DNA of 64,000 bases. It comes from an uncultured Actinomycetes bacterium (GTDB lineage: Bacteria; Actinomycetota; Actinomycetes; S36-B12; UBA10799). Under the pieces are notes generated by a model. It was not told the DNA's origin and searched no databases. It saw only the letters and a program-made list of their open reading frames with translations. The translations under genes and the position numbers were made by a program. Numbering within the stretch: position 1 is the stretch's first letter; each line of letters begins with the position of its first letter. The stretch lies in NCBI GenBank assembly GCA_963842975.1, contig CAWJIH010000007.1, forward strand, positions 109 through 64,108, read 5' to 3'. Below are positions 40,941 to 49,860 of this stretch, in pieces.

Positions 40941-41209
40941 CGTCCCGCTACAACGTTCCAACACCTGCGACCCCCTCGATCTACCGAATCGCGTCATTCA
41001 AGAGCGGCTGCCCTCGGGGCTCTTCGGTTTCGGCGGGGGCATCGCCGGCGCTGACGCAATGTGCGGCGCGCTGGAGGCCCACAGTGAGCGCGGCGTCGGC
41101 CGCCACACCGGTTCAGCAGGCCAAAGTGGTTGCCGCAGTGCGAGTGTTTCGCGACCGTCGGACCCATGCGGCACGATGGGAGTACCCGCCCCGGAAAGGA
41201 TGCCCCTCC

Positions 41210-41827
41210 ATGCCGTCGCAACCCGATCCTCCTTCGCAAGGTGAGGTCCTGCCCTACTTGCGCCGTTGCGTTGAGCGCAGCCGTGAGATCCCCGAGTTCC
41301 AGATCATGAACGACGCCGAGAGCGAGGTTGTCGCGCGGTTCGGCACAGCCTTTCGGCCTGAGAACCTCAACGATCTCACCGCCGAGATCGTGACCGACTT
41401 CCTGCGCGAGAAGGTCAACCACCACTGGTACGGGTTGGAGCGCAACACCCCGAGGGTCACTGCCAACATGCCGGCCCTGCGCGAGGGTATGGCCATCTTG
41501 TTGGACGACTCCGCACCACTTGCCGAGCGATGGGATGCTGCGCTGCCGCGAATGCATGGTGTGGGTAAGGCGATCGCGTCGGCGATGCTGCTGGTGGTGT
41601 ACCCGGCGCAGTGTGGTGGGTGGAACAGCGTCAGTAGCGAGAAGATGGCTTGGCTTGGTCTGATCCCCGAGCCGTGGACGCGGCGGTCGAACGGGTCGAC
41701 CTATGTGCGAATCAACCTGATCCTGCTGGACCTGGCTGACAGCCTGGGAATCGACCTGTGGCAACTCGACGGGATCTGGCATCTCATCGCCCTTGACCAC
41801 GATCCCCACCGCCGCCGGATGAGTTGA
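41210..41827 (+). CDS. Stand-alone HhH-like domain of the type seen N-terminal to McrB/NucS-like restriction proteins
   Basis: FL...NHHWYGLER...ALRE.M..LLDDS.PL.ER...HGVGKAIASAML...YP...GWNS...IDLWQLDGIW; RBS GAAAGGA. Confidence 0.55.
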   Translation: MPSQPDPPSQGEVLPYLRRCVERSREIPEFQIMNDAESEVVARFGTAFRPENLNDLTAEIVTDFLREKVNHHWYGLERNTPRVTANMPALREGMAILLDDSAPLAERWDAALPRMHGVGKAIASAMLLVVYPAQCGGWNSVSSEKMAWLGLIPEPWTRRSNGSTYVRINLILLDLADSLGIDLWQLDGIWHLIALDHDPHRRRMS

Positions 41828-42037
41828 GTGGCGTAGTGCATGTGGGCGCGACCGTGAGCCGCTTGCGGCGTCGGGTATCGCACCTACGTCAACGCCACTC
41901 GTTCCGGCCACCGGCAGAAGTGTCCCGGGAAGACAGCGAGGGCATCTGTCGCCGTTCGATCAAGGTGGCAGCGGCCACTGCGGCGCATGTTGCGTTACTA
42001 CGAACTCCGCACCATGACCGCAAGCGACATCATCAAC

Positions 42038-42284
42038 TCAAGTCCTTCTGAGGTAGTCCTCCGCGGATTGCAGCAGATACCGTGCCGCACGCATCACGGT
42101 TCCGTGTCGCTCCGCCGACATGAATTCGGACGAGTAGTGCATCGGGTCCTTGGCGTCGAGGACCATGTTGAGCTTGCGGGCCATGGTTCAGCGACCTCCG
42201 CCAGCAGCATCTGCTCGCGGGCATACTCGAACCGTTCCCTTGCCTCGATCAGCCCGCAGGGTGCCTGCCTCACTGCTGCGGGCT
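42038..42284 (-). pseudogene. Internally deleted HEPN partner of the wHTH-MNT gene
   Basis: EARERFEYAREQMLLAEV joins out of frame to ARKLNMVLDAKDPMHYSS...RAARYLLQSAEDYL*. Confidence 0.5.
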
Positions 42285-42920
42285 TCAATCCGACTGCTGC
42301 TGCAACGCGGCGGCATTGTGCAGCGCTGTCGGCGGCTCGATGAGCCACCGGCCGTCGGTGCGTACCTCGCTGACGAATGGATCGGCGCCTGTCATGAGGT
42401 TGACGAATTCGAGTGTGGAGTATTCCATCCAAGAACAGGGGTTCCCTGTCCATGCCTGCACCTTGTCGGCAGTGACGTCGAGTTGCTCGCGCCAGACTGT
42501 GTCGGCCATGTCCACCCCCTTCTGTCGGATCAGCAGGATGTCCAGGTCGCTGTCGAGTCCACCGTCACGACGCGCCGCCGAGCCGAAAAGAATGGCCCCG
42601 CCGCATGGCACCAGCCACGTCTGGAGTTCTTCGGCGATTCTCGCCTCAAGGCGCTGGTTCGTGCTGAGCAGCGCCAGGATGGGTTCTACGAGCAGGTGAT
42701 CGTGATTAAGCGTATACAGATTTGCGCTGCCGGCGCGCTGGCTGTCCACAAGCCCGTGGTGGCTCAGCGTCGCGAGCACCTTCGCAGCACCGGCGGGGCT
42801 GACACCCGCCAACCGGGCAATGGTGCGACCGGTCAGGGGTGCGCTGGTGCCGGCCAGCACACGCGCGACCGATTCCAGTCCCGGTCGGATGACGAGTGAA
42901 CTGGGATGGGAGAGATCCAT
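42285..42920 (-). CDS. Winged-helix / minimal nucleotidyltransferase protein
   Basis: LTGRTIARLAGVS HTH; intact LFGSAARRDGGLDSDLDIL catalytic motif. Confidence 0.88.
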   Translation of the reverse strand: MDLSHPSSLVIRPGLESVARVLAGTSAPLTGRTIARLAGVSPAGAAKVLATLSHHGLVDSQRAGSANLYTLNHDHLLVEPILALLSTNQRLEARIAEELQTWLVPCGGAILFGSAARRDGGLDSDLDILLIRQKGVDMADTVWREQLDVTADKVQAWTGNPCSWMEYSTLEFVNLMTGADPFVSEVRTDGRWLIEPPTALHNAAALQQQSD

Positions 42921-42930
42921 GCCCTAGTGT

Positions 42931-43410
42931 CTAGTTTAGGTTGACATGTGTCCGCTTTCCGCAGACGCGACGCGGGTGCTTCCGAGCCTGTCGCTGCGAT
43001 CGGTGGTCGGGCTGAGTCGTGGGGCCAGTTTGGCGGGCCGCGTCGCGCCGTCGGGGGTGGTCGCGACTAGGCATCCCGGGCAACCAGCGCGTACATCGAC
43101 GATCCCGAGTTCGGCACTCCCGCACCAGTGACGGGCCGTGGAATGCTTGCGGTCCGTGCTGCAGCATGGGTCCGTCGATCTCATCGAGCAGTGGCCGCGA
43201 CACCTGAACCACATAGTCCGGACGTATCCCCACGATGTTGGTGTCGAAGGCGGTTTGGTGGATCTTGCATAGGGAGATGCCGTTGCTGATCGTTGGCGTG
43301 CCGCGCATATCGCGGTCGGGGATGATGTGGGCGGCGTCGAGCAGTTGCGGGTGGCCGAGTGAGCAGATGGCGCATCGTTCGGCGTAGGCGGCCTCGAGCG
43401 GGGTTGCCGA
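42931..43410 (-). pseudogene. C-terminal HNH endonuclease fragment
   Basis: RCAICSL.HPQLLDAAHIIPD...ISNGISLCKIHQTAFD...GIRPDY...DGPMLQHG. Confidence 0.8.
43344..43398. repeat. 55-bp perfect direct repeat, copy 2
   Basis: Identical to 39568..39622. Confidence 0.95.
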
Positions 43411-43470
43411 TAGGCGAGGCCTGTGGATAGTCACATACGACAGGCCGCGGAATCGTCATACGCTTCTGGC

Positions 43471-43764
43471 ATGACTGCCGAATACGTCGCCTACGACGAC
43501 CTGCCCGGGGCCGACGAACGGATCATCCGCGAGCGCGCGGCGGAGCTCATCGCGATGGCCGAGAGTCTGGGCTTGGCCAATCTGCGGTACGCCGCGAGCA
43601 ACCGCGTCGTGGCCAAGCTGACGGACCAGGTCGAACCACTCGGCTATCACAAGCTTTCTGAGCGGGCGAGTTACCGGCTCGGACGTCAGATTCGTGCCTA
43701 TTCCGATGCGGTGCTTAAGAACTCTGGAGTGAGTCCGGACCTGCTGGCCGCCACGCCGTTGTAG
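43471..43764 (+). CDS. Degenerate MNT-like antitoxin (copy B)
   Basis: 97 aa ending DLLAATPL; TACGCT-N6-ATG promoter; no DxD motif. Confidence 0.75.
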   Translation: MTAEYVAYDDLPGADERIIRERAAELIAMAESLGLANLRYAASNRVVAKLTDQVEPLGYHKLSERASYRLGRQIRAYSDAVLKNSGVSPDLLAATPL

Positions 43765-43776
43765 GGGGTAAGGCCG

Positions 43777-44127
43777 ATGGGGCGCGTGTTGACCCGGCAT
43801 GAACTCATCCTTGAGGCTTCTGCGGCTGCCGACTCGCTGCAGGAGGTCAGTTCATCGGGGGATCATCGGCGCTTTGCAGACGACAAGGTGTTTCGCTATG
43901 CGGTCGCCTTCGCCTGGCTCCGGTTGGCCGAACCGCTCTGCCGACTCGTGACCCGGCGATTGGTCGGGGAAGAGGCGCGCCGCGCTTGGTCCGGGATGTG
44001 CGGGCTTCGCAATATGTTGGCGCATGAGCGAGACGAGGACATCAACTACCTGCCGCTGTGGTCGGACTTGGCGCTGAAGATGGGTAGGACCGTCGCCGAT
44101 ATCGATCGGCTGCAACAAGGGGGCTGA
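43777..44127 (+). CDS. HepT-like HEPN toxin (copy B)
   Basis: FRYAVAFAWLRLAEP and LRNMLAH (Rx4H). Confidence 0.8.
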   Translation: MGRVLTRHELILEASAAADSLQEVSSSGDHRRFADDKVFRYAVAFAWLRLAEPLCRLVTRRLVGEEARRAWSGMCGLRNMLAHERDEDINYLPLWSDLALKMGRTVADIDRLQQGG

Positions 44128-44185
44128 GGCCTGACCTGTGGACATGCGCAGCCGTTGTGAGCGGTATTCGTCGTAGGGTGTTCTC

Positions 44186-44479
44186 ATGACCGCCGACTAC
44201 GTCTCCTACGACGATCTGCCTTGGGCTGATGAGCAAGTCATCCGCGCCCACGCGGCGGAGTTGATCGCGATGGCCGAGGGCATCGGCCTAAGCAATGTGC
44301 GTTACGCGTCAGGCAATCGACTGGTAGTCACTCGGACCGAAAGGGTCGAACCGTTGGGCGAATACGTCTTTGCGGAGCAGGCCAGCTTCTTCCTTGGTCG
44401 GCAAGTCCGCGTGTATTCAGACGGTGTGCTGAACAACCCTGGGGTCAGTTCGGACCTACTCGCTGCGACACCGTTGTAG
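44186..44479 (+). CDS. Degenerate MNT-like antitoxin (copy C)
   Basis: Colinear paralog of copy B; TAGGGT-N6-ATG promoter. Confidence 0.78.
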   Translation: MTADYVSYDDLPWADEQVIRAHAAELIAMAEGIGLSNVRYASGNRLVVTRTERVEPLGEYVFAEQASFFLGRQVRVYSDGVLNNPGVSSDLLAATPL

Positions 44480-44482
44480 GTG

Positions 44483-45080
44483 ACCGCGGCGAACCACCAG
44501 CACGGCGTAGCGATCGCCGGCTCCGTGGGAGTGCAGTTCCTCCGCCCTCGCCCACTCGGACGACGAGATCTTGAACGATGCCGTGGCACTGCTCTTGACC
44601 TCGAGCACCATCGCCTGCGGCGGCGAGCCCGGGGCGGGGGAGAGCCACCCGACGAGGTCGAAACCGAACCCGTCGCTCAGCAAGGACACATGCAGGAGGC
44701 CGGTGACAGCGGCCGACAGCATCCCGTCCCGGTCTGACGCCTGGCTCCGGATCGAGTCGTCGAAATGCCCGGTCAGCCAGTCCCTCAGCCCTGGCCGATT
44801 GGCGAAGAGTTACTCGACAGCAATGACCTCGGATCGCTGTGCCAAGCGTCGGCGGCGTTCTGCAGGAGTTCGATGAGGAATCGGCCGTGGTACTCACGGC
44901 TGAGCAGCCTCTCGGCCCGCGAGAATGAGCAGGTGGTACGCACCTCCTCGGCCGTGTCGTGGCGAGCTCGTTCTGCGACAACTTGCTCGAGATAGGAGCG
45001 GCCGTTTGCCGTTCCATTTGTCTCGTTCGCGCCCGGACCACCCCACTTCGCAGGTCTGCGACCAGCACCGTTTCAAGACT
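44483..45080 (-). pseudogene. Collapsed sacsin-like GHKL ... DUF3883 (NOV_C) gene remnant
   Basis: AERLLSREYHGRFLIELLQNAADAW (44800-44920) lies almost adjacent to SDGFGFDL...LEVKSS....FKISSSEWARA...RYAVLVV. Confidence 0.65.
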
Positions 45081-45109
45081 AGACAGGCAGGAAGGTGCCA
45101 CGTCCGACG

Positions 45110-45410
45110 GACGCCGCTGCGTTCGCCCGCCTGACGTGGCTGAGTTGGCGATTGGGCGCGACCTCGCCAATCGCATCCGAATGAACTCGAGCAGAGCGGC
45201 GAGCCCGTCCACCTTCCGGAGGATGAGGTGCTCGCGATGGTCTACGCCGAACGGGACGCAGCCCGGCGCGAACGCGTGTGACGGCGGACCCCATCGCCGA
45301 CGGTGAGTCACCAGGCAGCAGCCCTGGTGACTGGCGACAGAGCAGTGTTGGGGACGCATGTCGATAACTTGCGAATCTTGAGTCCGAGGGGATTTCTTGA
45401 CTGGGTGGTC
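45110..45410 (+). pseudogene. Remnant antitoxin plus internally deleted PIN-family toxin
   Basis: PVHLPEDEVLAMVYAERDAARRERV* with GTGA overlap, then ALVTGDRAVL...LRILSPRDFL (PIN_3-like C-terminus). Confidence 0.5.
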
Positions 45411-45504
45411 TCCCGTGGTTGATGCGAACTGGCTTGGCCTGGGCATGTGCTGGCAGTGCGCGTCTGCGAGGTGCCGCCGCGACGCCGCCGTAGGGGGTGC
45501 AGTC

Positions 45505-45745
45505 ATGGGCGGGAGTTGTCACGCCACGAACTACTCATCGAGGCGGCGTCGGCTGTGGAGGGCCTTCGCGAGGTCGCTTGGTCGGTGGCGAGGCCCGTCG
45601 CGCGCGGGCCGGGATGTGCGACATTCGAAACAAGCTCGCCCATGAACGTGATCAGGACATTCCCTTCGCAACGCTGTGGGCTCTGCTGACTGACGGTCTG
45701 TCCCAAACCGAAGCACAGATTGACGGGCTGCTGGCTAACGGCTGA
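45505..45745 (+). pseudogene. Deleted and frameshifted HEPN toxin (copy C)
   Basis: LSRHELLIEAASA...GMCDIRNKLAHERDQDIPFATLW; preceded by the TAGGGG junction seen in copies B and D. Confidence 0.75.
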
Positions 45746-45861
45746 CAGCGACTCGTACGGGTTGGAGTGCAATATCCCGCGGGTGACGGGGTCCATGGGG
45801 AGGTTGCGATGTAACTGTTCGGTTTTTCCATCTGGCGTCGTCAGTAGCTCATCTGGCGTCG

Positions 45862-46606
45862 TTAGTAGGTGATGTAGCCGGTTGCCTCGTGTGCGGGTTC
45901 GGGGGCGTCTTCCGGTAGCCACTTGTGTTGACCGAGCAGCACCCGCCGGGCGGTCCACGCGCAGGCCGCAGCATCGATGATGTCGTCGGGTGGGGATCGG
46001 TGAGCGAGTTCGCCGAGGTCGGCCGAAGCGAGGTCCAAACCCTGACGGGCGAGCAGGTCCAGGCGCAGCTTCTGGCCGGACCAGACGGTCTTCGGCCACT
46101 GCACGTAGTGGTCGTTCTTCTCGTCGTCCTCGGACCCGGCCACGTCCTGGTTCATCGCCTTGAAGCAGACTTCGGGGTGGGTCTCCACGACCCGTGCGGA
46201 CGATGTGGGGAGCCATTCGTCCACTTCGAGGATCTTGGCTCGCAGAGCGTAGGCCTGGGCGGACAGGCTCCTCTCGGTCAGCTTGAGGCTGACCGCTCGC
46301 GCTGCCTGGTAGGTCCGCCGCGAGCAGGGCCTCGCGGATCGGGGTGGGGAACACCGACGACCTGCGTGGACCGACAAAGGCCCGCGCCTTTTCGTCCGCC
46401 TCACGGGGGCCGGATTCAGGCAGGCCGATGGGGATGTCGATCGCGACCACGTCCACGACGCCGACCGCATTGGCGGCCGCTACAAGCTCGGTGATGGTTG
46501 AGGCGAACAGCCCCTTGACGGTGATGCCGTCCCACATGATCCCGGCCCAACTGCCGCGGCAGACGTCGGCACCGAGGACCCATTGGGCGCCTTCGGCGGT
46601 GGTCAC
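45862..46606 (-). CDS. DUF429 protein 2, frameshifted near 46315
   Basis: VLGADVCRGSW, AIDIPIGLP, READ..AR....RRSSVFPTP / VETHPEVCF, DDIIDAAACAWTA; RBS AAGGAG before GTG 46606. Confidence 0.8.
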
Positions 46607-46720
46607 GTGACTCCTTTGGAGAAATGCGATTGAGAGATCACACGCGATGATTCCACAGTTGGCGGACATTGGCCGCAGGGTAGCTCCCGCCCACATTTCG
46701 TCCACCTGGCTGGGCGATCG

Positions 46721-47100
46721 GTGGCTGCCGAAAGCCTGGGGTTGGCCGATCTGCGGTACGCCTCCAGTAACCGCATTGTGGTGAGGCGGACTGACCACGT
46801 GGAACCGATGGGTGAACACCGCTTCTCGGAGTGGGCCAGTTTCATGCTTGGCCATCAGATTTGTGCCTATTCGGACACTGTTCTCCGGAACCCTGGAGTG
46901 AGCCTGGACCTGCTCGCCGCGACGCCGTTGTAGGGGTACGAACATGGGGCGGGCGTATACGCGCGACGAGTTGATCGTGGAGGCGGCGGCCTCGGGCAAA
47001 CTGCGCGAGGTGAGTTCGAACGGTGACGTGCGGCGCTTCACCGACGATCGGGTGTTCCGCTGCCCCGGCACGTTTGGCGCGTTCGGGCAACTCTGCTAGC
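46721..47100 (+). pseudogene. Decayed degenerate-MNT/HEPN pair (copy D)
   Basis: AESLGLADLRYASSNR...DLLAATPL* (5' end lost), then MGRAYTRDELIVEAAAS...DDRVFR truncated near 47060. Confidence 0.8.
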
Positions 47101-47182
47101 CAGCTGGGGTCGATGCGCATTGGTACCGCCTGCGCCGGCGCGGCACCCATCGGCACCGAGAACTCACCCGCCGACTTCGCCG

Positions 47183-47500
47183 TTAGCTGAGCAGCGCTTT
47201 GCGTGCCGTGGAGACCTTCAAATAAAGCGAGAGGCCGCCGTCAATCCCGGTAGAGGTGAAGCCGTTGCGCGTGTGGAAGCGCATCAGTCCCGCGTTGTGC
47301 GCCTCCGCCACGATCACCTTGCCGCTACCGGCTTCGGTAACACTGACGATCGTTTCGATGGCGTGGCGGAGCAGTTGGCGTCCCCACTCGGACTGCGCGT
47401 GGGCCCGCAGATCGAGGCGGCTGCGCAACACCTCGCCCATGACCGTGACGAGGACATCGACGACCGATCGCTGTGGGTGCAACTCTCAACCACCCTCGTG
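47183..47500 (-). pseudogene. GNAT acetyltransferase (TacT-like toxin) C-terminal fragment
   Basis: QSEWGRQLLRHAI....GSGKVIVAEAHN...RFHTRNGF.....LYLKVSTARK. Confidence 0.5.
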
Positions 47501-47705
47501 GGCTTTGGGTTCCTAGGCCGAGCGGTTGCTGACCCTTGGCGACTCATCGTGACGTGGCGTGGCGCGGTACCGATTCCACGAGGGGGGAAACTCCTTGAGC
47601 TCGATTGGAGCAGTCCGCCTCCGACGAGGACCAATGGCGTCTAGCGCCTCTTGATCAAGGTGGCGCCAGCGGTTGCGGCGCGTGTCGCCTGAGATCACCC
47701 TTGAT

Positions 47706-47835
47706 CAGGAGGCCGGGGGTGCCACAGCTACCGCCCATGTGGCAGGAAGCCAGGGGCCAGGGGTGCCACAGCTACCGCCCATGGGGCAGGAAGCCAGGAG
47801 GCCGGGGGTGCCACGGCTACCGCCCATTGAGCAGG
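47706..47835. repeat. Three tandem 44-45 bp imperfect repeats
   Basis: Core GGGGTGCCACRGCTACCGCCCAT starting units at 47706, 47751 and 47795. Confidence 0.85.
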
Positions 47836-48140
47836 CGGGGGTCCATCCAAGTTGCGGCAGCTACGGCCGCGGGTGTTCAGACGATGTGCTGAATAACCCC
47901 GAGGTCAATTCGGGCCCACTCGCTGCGTCGCCGCTGTCGAGGCAACTGGACTGGCGCAGTGGGACTGAGAGCTTTTCGCGTCGACCTTCGCATGAACCCA
48001 ACGCCACCGGCTCAACCGAGGCGGAAACCAGCGCCAGAACATGCCGAGTCCCCGCGTCCCTCGTATCTTTAAAGGAATCACTACAATCCAGGCCTATCGG
48101 GGACTCCTCGATGCTCAATTCGCCAGTTAGTGGAGGAAGC

Positions 48141-48602
48141 ATGGCAATTCAAACAGACGAAACAGAAAAGCAATCGGTGCACACAAAACACCTGAAGTCC
48201 GTCAGCATCATGGGCATCCTGGTGATCGTCGCCGGGGCGATCATGTCCATTGCCGGTGTCACCACATGGTTCACGGTGCAAGGCCAGCTCAAGGCCGAGA
48301 ACATCGTGGTTTCCGAGGACGCTGACGCGTTCGCGGGTCAGGCGGTGGCGGGTCCGTTCACGGCCTACGCCGAGGCCGCGCTGATCAACAAGCACGCGAT
48401 GGAAGCCAGTGGCGGCAAGACTTACGCCGAACTTGACCGTGACGATCCGGCTCGCCAGACCGTCATGACCGCCTCGTTCCTGCGCGCCTCGCTGTTCACC
48501 TCAGTGGTGTCCTTCGGGGTGGCGGCCATGGCTGCCGGGATTGGCCTGGTGCTGATCCTCATCGGTGCCTCGCTCGTTCGCATTGGGAGCCTGCGCATCT
48601 AG
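48141..48602 (+). CDS. Small actinobacterial two-TM membrane protein
   Basis: RBS GGAGG; GPFTAYAEA..I.KHA...SGGKTYAEL and ASFLRASLFTSVVSFGV. Confidence 0.85.
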   Translation: MAIQTDETEKQSVHTKHLKSVSIMGILVIVAGAIMSIAGVTTWFTVQGQLKAENIVVSEDADAFAGQAVAGPFTAYAEAALINKHAMEASGGKTYAELDRDDPARQTVMTASFLRASLFTSVVSFGVAAMAAGIGLVLILIGASLVRIGSLRI

Positions 48603-48822
48603 TAGGTAACCACTTGAGCAGCTTCATCCGCTAGTTCATACCTCTTTGGCTCACCGATCGAGACGCGGGCGCAGGTGGCGTCCCGCGCGGGGTTGATCGG
48701 TCAGAGTGGGACTGACTGCTAGACGGTGTATGCGGCCCTTTCCGCCGGGCGTCAGCCCAGCGGAAAGGGCCGCAGTGCGTCCACACCTCGGGTGGGCGTG
48801 AGTCCACCATGGAAAGATCCGG

Positions 48823-48910
48823 CGGCCGGGGGGTGCCGGGGCGGACCGGGTCAGCCGGGTCGGCCGGGGGGTGCCGGGGCGGCCGGGCCAGCCGGGTCGG
48901 CCGGGTCGCC
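48823..48910. repeat. G-rich direct repeats
   Basis: GGCCGGGGGGTGCCGGGGCGG twice, plus GCCGGGTCG units. Confidence 0.7.
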
Positions 48911-48974
48911 CAGGGCGTCGGTTGAACCGGGCAGCTTTCGAAGTGGTGTCGGATGTGTCAACTAGCGTGAAATC

Positions 48975-49766
48975 ATGAGCAATTCTTCTGAAGTCGGGCG
49001 CGGTTCAGCGGCGCCGGCAGGCTGGTACGACGACGGATCGGGGCGTCAGCGTTGGTGGGACGGACGCCAGTGGACCGAACAGTTCCGCGAGTACAGCCGG
49101 CGGCGCCGTTCGCGCCACCTGCTGTGGTCATTGTCCCCGGCGTACACGTTTGGCCTCGTGGCCTTCATCCCAGCGCTCCACGCGGCCATTGCGCTGCGCC
49201 GGTTCAGACTATGGGTGTGGGCCGGTGCGCTGATAGTCGCCGAGATCCTCGCGTGGTCTCTCACGTCCGGAACAGAGACGAACCCCGACGGCACCAACAC
49301 CGCGGCCCAAGACGCGGGGGTCCTCATGTTCCTGATTCTGGCGGTGGTTGGCACAGTTCACGCCTTCCAGATTCGGGACGAGGTATTCAACAGGTCGACC
49401 CCACAAGTACTGCAACTAGGTGACTCGATCGAGTCGGACCCGGCGGTCATGACCTCGCTAGCCGCCCGTAGGCGGCGCACCCAGTCCGCTGCTCTCAGCG
49501 CAGCGGATCCCGGGCTGGCTCGTGACCTGCGGATTGGACGCCCGGATCTGGCGCGCGACTACGACGACGGCGGCTTGGTCGATGTCAATCACGTTCCCGA
49601 GGAGTACCTCGTGTCGCATCTGGGATTGCCGCCAGAGCAGGCCCGCTCGATCATCGAAGCGCGGGAGAGCATCGGGGGCTTCCAGGTCCTCGCTGAACTA
49701 TCCGGCTTTGCCGAGGTGCCGGCTTCGACGCTCGAGGCAATAGAAGACCGCGTCGTACTGCTGTAG
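48975..49766 (+). CDS. DUF2510 / membrane / HhH protein, paralog 2
   Basis: PAGWYDDGSG..RWWDG.QWT; same architecture as 39887..40720; TAGCGT-N6-ATG promoter. Confidence 0.85.
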   Translation: MSNSSEVGRGSAAPAGWYDDGSGRQRWWDGRQWTEQFREYSRRRRSRHLLWSLSPAYTFGLVAFIPALHAAIALRRFRLWVWAGALIVAEILAWSLTSGTETNPDGTNTAAQDAGVLMFLILAVVGTVHAFQIRDEVFNRSTPQVLQLGDSIESDPAVMTSLAARRRRTQSAALSAADPGLARDLRIGRPDLARDYDDGGLVDVNHVPEEYLVSHLGLPPEQARSIIEARESIGGFQVLAELSGFAEVPASTLEAIEDRVVLL

Positions 49767-49860
49767 ACGCACCTGTGGCGACCCTCGAACGCGGTCGTGC
49801 AGGGTTGGGTTTCGCGACGGCACACGGGCGGTATGTCCGATTCGGTGGCACCATGGCGGT

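Noticed and set aside
40880-41209. N-terminal extension of ORF 40880..41827
   Set aside because: Begins in an IS256 fragment and continues through low-information sequence; the RBS supports ATG 41210.
47706-47835. Possible CRISPR array
   Set aside because: The repeats are contiguous with no unique spacers, and no cas genes are present.
47940-48130. Riboswitch (TPP or c-di-AMP) upstream of the membrane protein
   Set aside because: Only a short CTGAGA-like match; the other conserved elements could not be found.
47673-48140. N-terminal extension of ORF 47673..48602
   Set aside because: Runs through tandem repeats; a clear RBS supports ATG 48141.
48141-48602. Aromatic ring-opening dioxygenase LigA label often given to this family
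   Set aside because: Small two-TM protein with no dioxygenase motifs; left as a membrane protein.
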